From: Natronohydrobacter sp.
Lineage (GTDB): Bacteria; Pseudomonadota; Alphaproteobacteria; Rhodobacterales; Rhodobacteraceae
Direction: 5' to 3'
Length of the DNA: 64,000 nucleotides
Assembly: GCA_030603695.1 (NCBI GenBank)
Contig: JAUVXF010000012.1
Coordinates: 20,795-84,794 of the forward strand
Shown piece after piece: positions 62,803 through 64,000 of the stretch. Position numbers and translations under genes: made by a program. The first letter of the stretch is position 1. The number at the start of each line of letters is the position of its first letter. The notes beneath the pieces are model-generated. The model had not been told where the DNA came from and did not search any database. It worked only from the letters and a program-made list of their open reading frames with translations.

Positions 62803-63609
62803 ATGGCCCATATCATCGTGGTTGGCAATGAAAAGGGCGGATCGGGCAAATCCACGGTCTCTATGCATGTCTCTGTTGCGCTGGCCCGGATGGGGCTGCG
62901 CGTGGGCGCGATGGATCTGGATATCCGCCAGCTGAGCTTTGGGCGCTATATTGAAAACCGCCGCGCCTTCATGGCCCGGCATGGGCACGATCTGCCCTGC
63001 CCCAACTTCATCCCCCTGCCCGATGCGGCGGAATTTGGCCTGCCCGACGGGCCGCAACTGCATGATGCCCGCATGAGCGCCGCGCTGGAAACCCTGACCG
63101 CACAAAGCGATTTTATCGTGATAGATTGCCCCGGTTCGCACACCCGCTACAGCCAGTTTGCCCATTCGGTGGCAGATACGCTGATCACCCCCATCAATGA
63201 CAGCTTCATAGATTTCGATCTACTCGCACGGATAGACCCGGAAACAGGCGCAGTTCTGGCCCCCTCCATCTATTCCGAAATGGTCTGGAAGGCGCGGCAA
63301 ACCCGCGCCATGGCTGGGCTAAAACCGCTCAACTGGATTGTGCTGCGCAACCGCATGGGCACAACCGCCATGCACAACAAACGCAAGGTGGGCGATGCGC
63401 TGGAAGCGCTGGCCACCCGCATCGGCTTTCGCCTTGCCCCCGGTTTCAGCGAGCGCGTGGTCTTTCGCGAACTCTTCCCCAAGGGCCTGACATTGCTGGA
63501 TCTGGCAGATCTGGGCGAGGCGATGACAATGTCCCATATCGCCGCCCGGCAGGAGCTGCGTGAACTGATGCTCACGCTGGAACTGCCGGATCTGGCGGTC
63601 AATGTCTGA
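62803..63609 (+). CDS. mipZ: ParA/MinD-like ATPase, MipZ-type division-plane positioning ATPase
   Basis: MAHIIVVGNEKGGSGKSTVSMHVSVALARMGLRVGAMDLDIRQLSFGRYIENRR resembles MipZ. The longer track ORF (62557) overlaps rpmE. Confidence 0.75.
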   Translation: MAHIIVVGNEKGGSGKSTVSMHVSVALARMGLRVGAMDLDIRQLSFGRYIENRRAFMARHGHDLPCPNFIPLPDAAEFGLPDGPQLHDARMSAALETLTAQSDFIVIDCPGSHTRYSQFAHSVADTLITPINDSFIDFDLLARIDPETGAVLAPSIYSEMVWKARQTRAMAGLKPLNWIVLRNRMGTTAMHNKRKVGDALEALATRIGFRLAPGFSERVVFRELFPKGLTLLDLADLGEAMTMSHIAARQELRELMLTLELPDLAVNV

Positions 63610-63772
63610 TATAGCCGCGCGGCGGCAATTGCGCGTCCAGCGCGTCTGACAGTGCCACATAGCGCTTGTAAATGCGGCACTGCGGGTCTTGGCTGGCAAA
63701 GGCCGCGCGGGGCAGGCCAAGCGCCCCTAAGGCGCGTTTTGCGGGGCCGGAGGTGAAATCATGGTGCAGCAT
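63599..63772 (-). CDS. Hypothetical small protein (57 aa)
   Basis: ATG at 63772 is preceded by AGGAG. The 3' end overlaps the mipZ 3' end by 11 nt. I recognise no family. Confidence 0.3.
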   Translation of the reverse strand: MLHHDFTSGPAKRALGALGLPRAAFASQDPQCRIYKRYVALSDALDAQLPPRGYIRH

Positions 63773-64000
63773 GGGGAAACTCCTGTCCTGTTTGGCTTTG
63801 TTAACGAAGGTTATCGCCACGCCCTGCGGCAAAACTATGGCCGCTTCATGAAATCTTCACGAAGGCCCCAAAACGCCCCGCACAGGCCCCACGCCGCCCC
63901 GGATAGCAACGCACCCCGGCACCAGCCCTAACGCCGCCCACAGGCCCGCAATTGCTGGTCATACATCGCCGCCCGAGAGGCCACACGATCCGCCACCCCA

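Overview
The window is visibly GC-rich alphaproteobacterial chromosome. Gene content and protein similarity point to Rhodobacterales, close to Rhodobacter/Cereibacter or the roseobacters. Bases 1 to about 28,500 are a large part of a photosynthesis gene cluster (PGC). Its order is crtI(partial)-crtB-tspO (+), then bchG-pucC-like-bchP-idi (-), then a small PepSY gene (+). Next come bchE-bchJ (-), ppaA-ppsR (-), and a roughly 16 kb plus-strand superoperon. That superoperon is bchFNBHLM-lhaA-puhABC-(bciE-like)-acsF-puhE-hemA-cytochrome c, with many ATGA-type start/stop overlaps. The divergent and intergenic control regions carry five perfect PpsR/CrtJ palindromes (TGT-N12-ACA) and one FNR/FnrL-type box. 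The remaining ~35 kb is mostly housekeeping: kdsBA, leuB, monomeric icd, a bactofilin plus M23 peptidase pair, DUF455-bcp, queA, an MFS transporter, DUF924, lpdA, rhodanese and uvrA. It continues with dnaE, mcl1, a DUF1611/epimerase (dgcN/dgcA-like)-ilvD-aminotransferase block, an RTX-like repeat protein, DUF1244, pyk, rpmI-rplT, rplS-rpmE and mipZ. I found no rRNA, tRNA, CRISPR array, transposase or integrase. I do not see a convincing multi-gene novel system. The observations most worth following up are these. (1) dnaE carries a single in-frame TAG at a conserved Tyr codon. (2) Immediately downstream of dnaE sits an AT-rich single-gene islet encoding a TTG-initiated DUF3800 protein with its own terminator. 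(3) A PepSY gene is embedded on the opposite strand inside the PGC, next to a bchG promoter whose -35 and -10 are each covered by a PpsR palindrome. (4) Two copies of an 18-bp G/C-rich palindrome lie between crtB and tspO. Many long ORFs in the supplied track are antisense shadow ORFs typical of GC-rich DNA and were not called.
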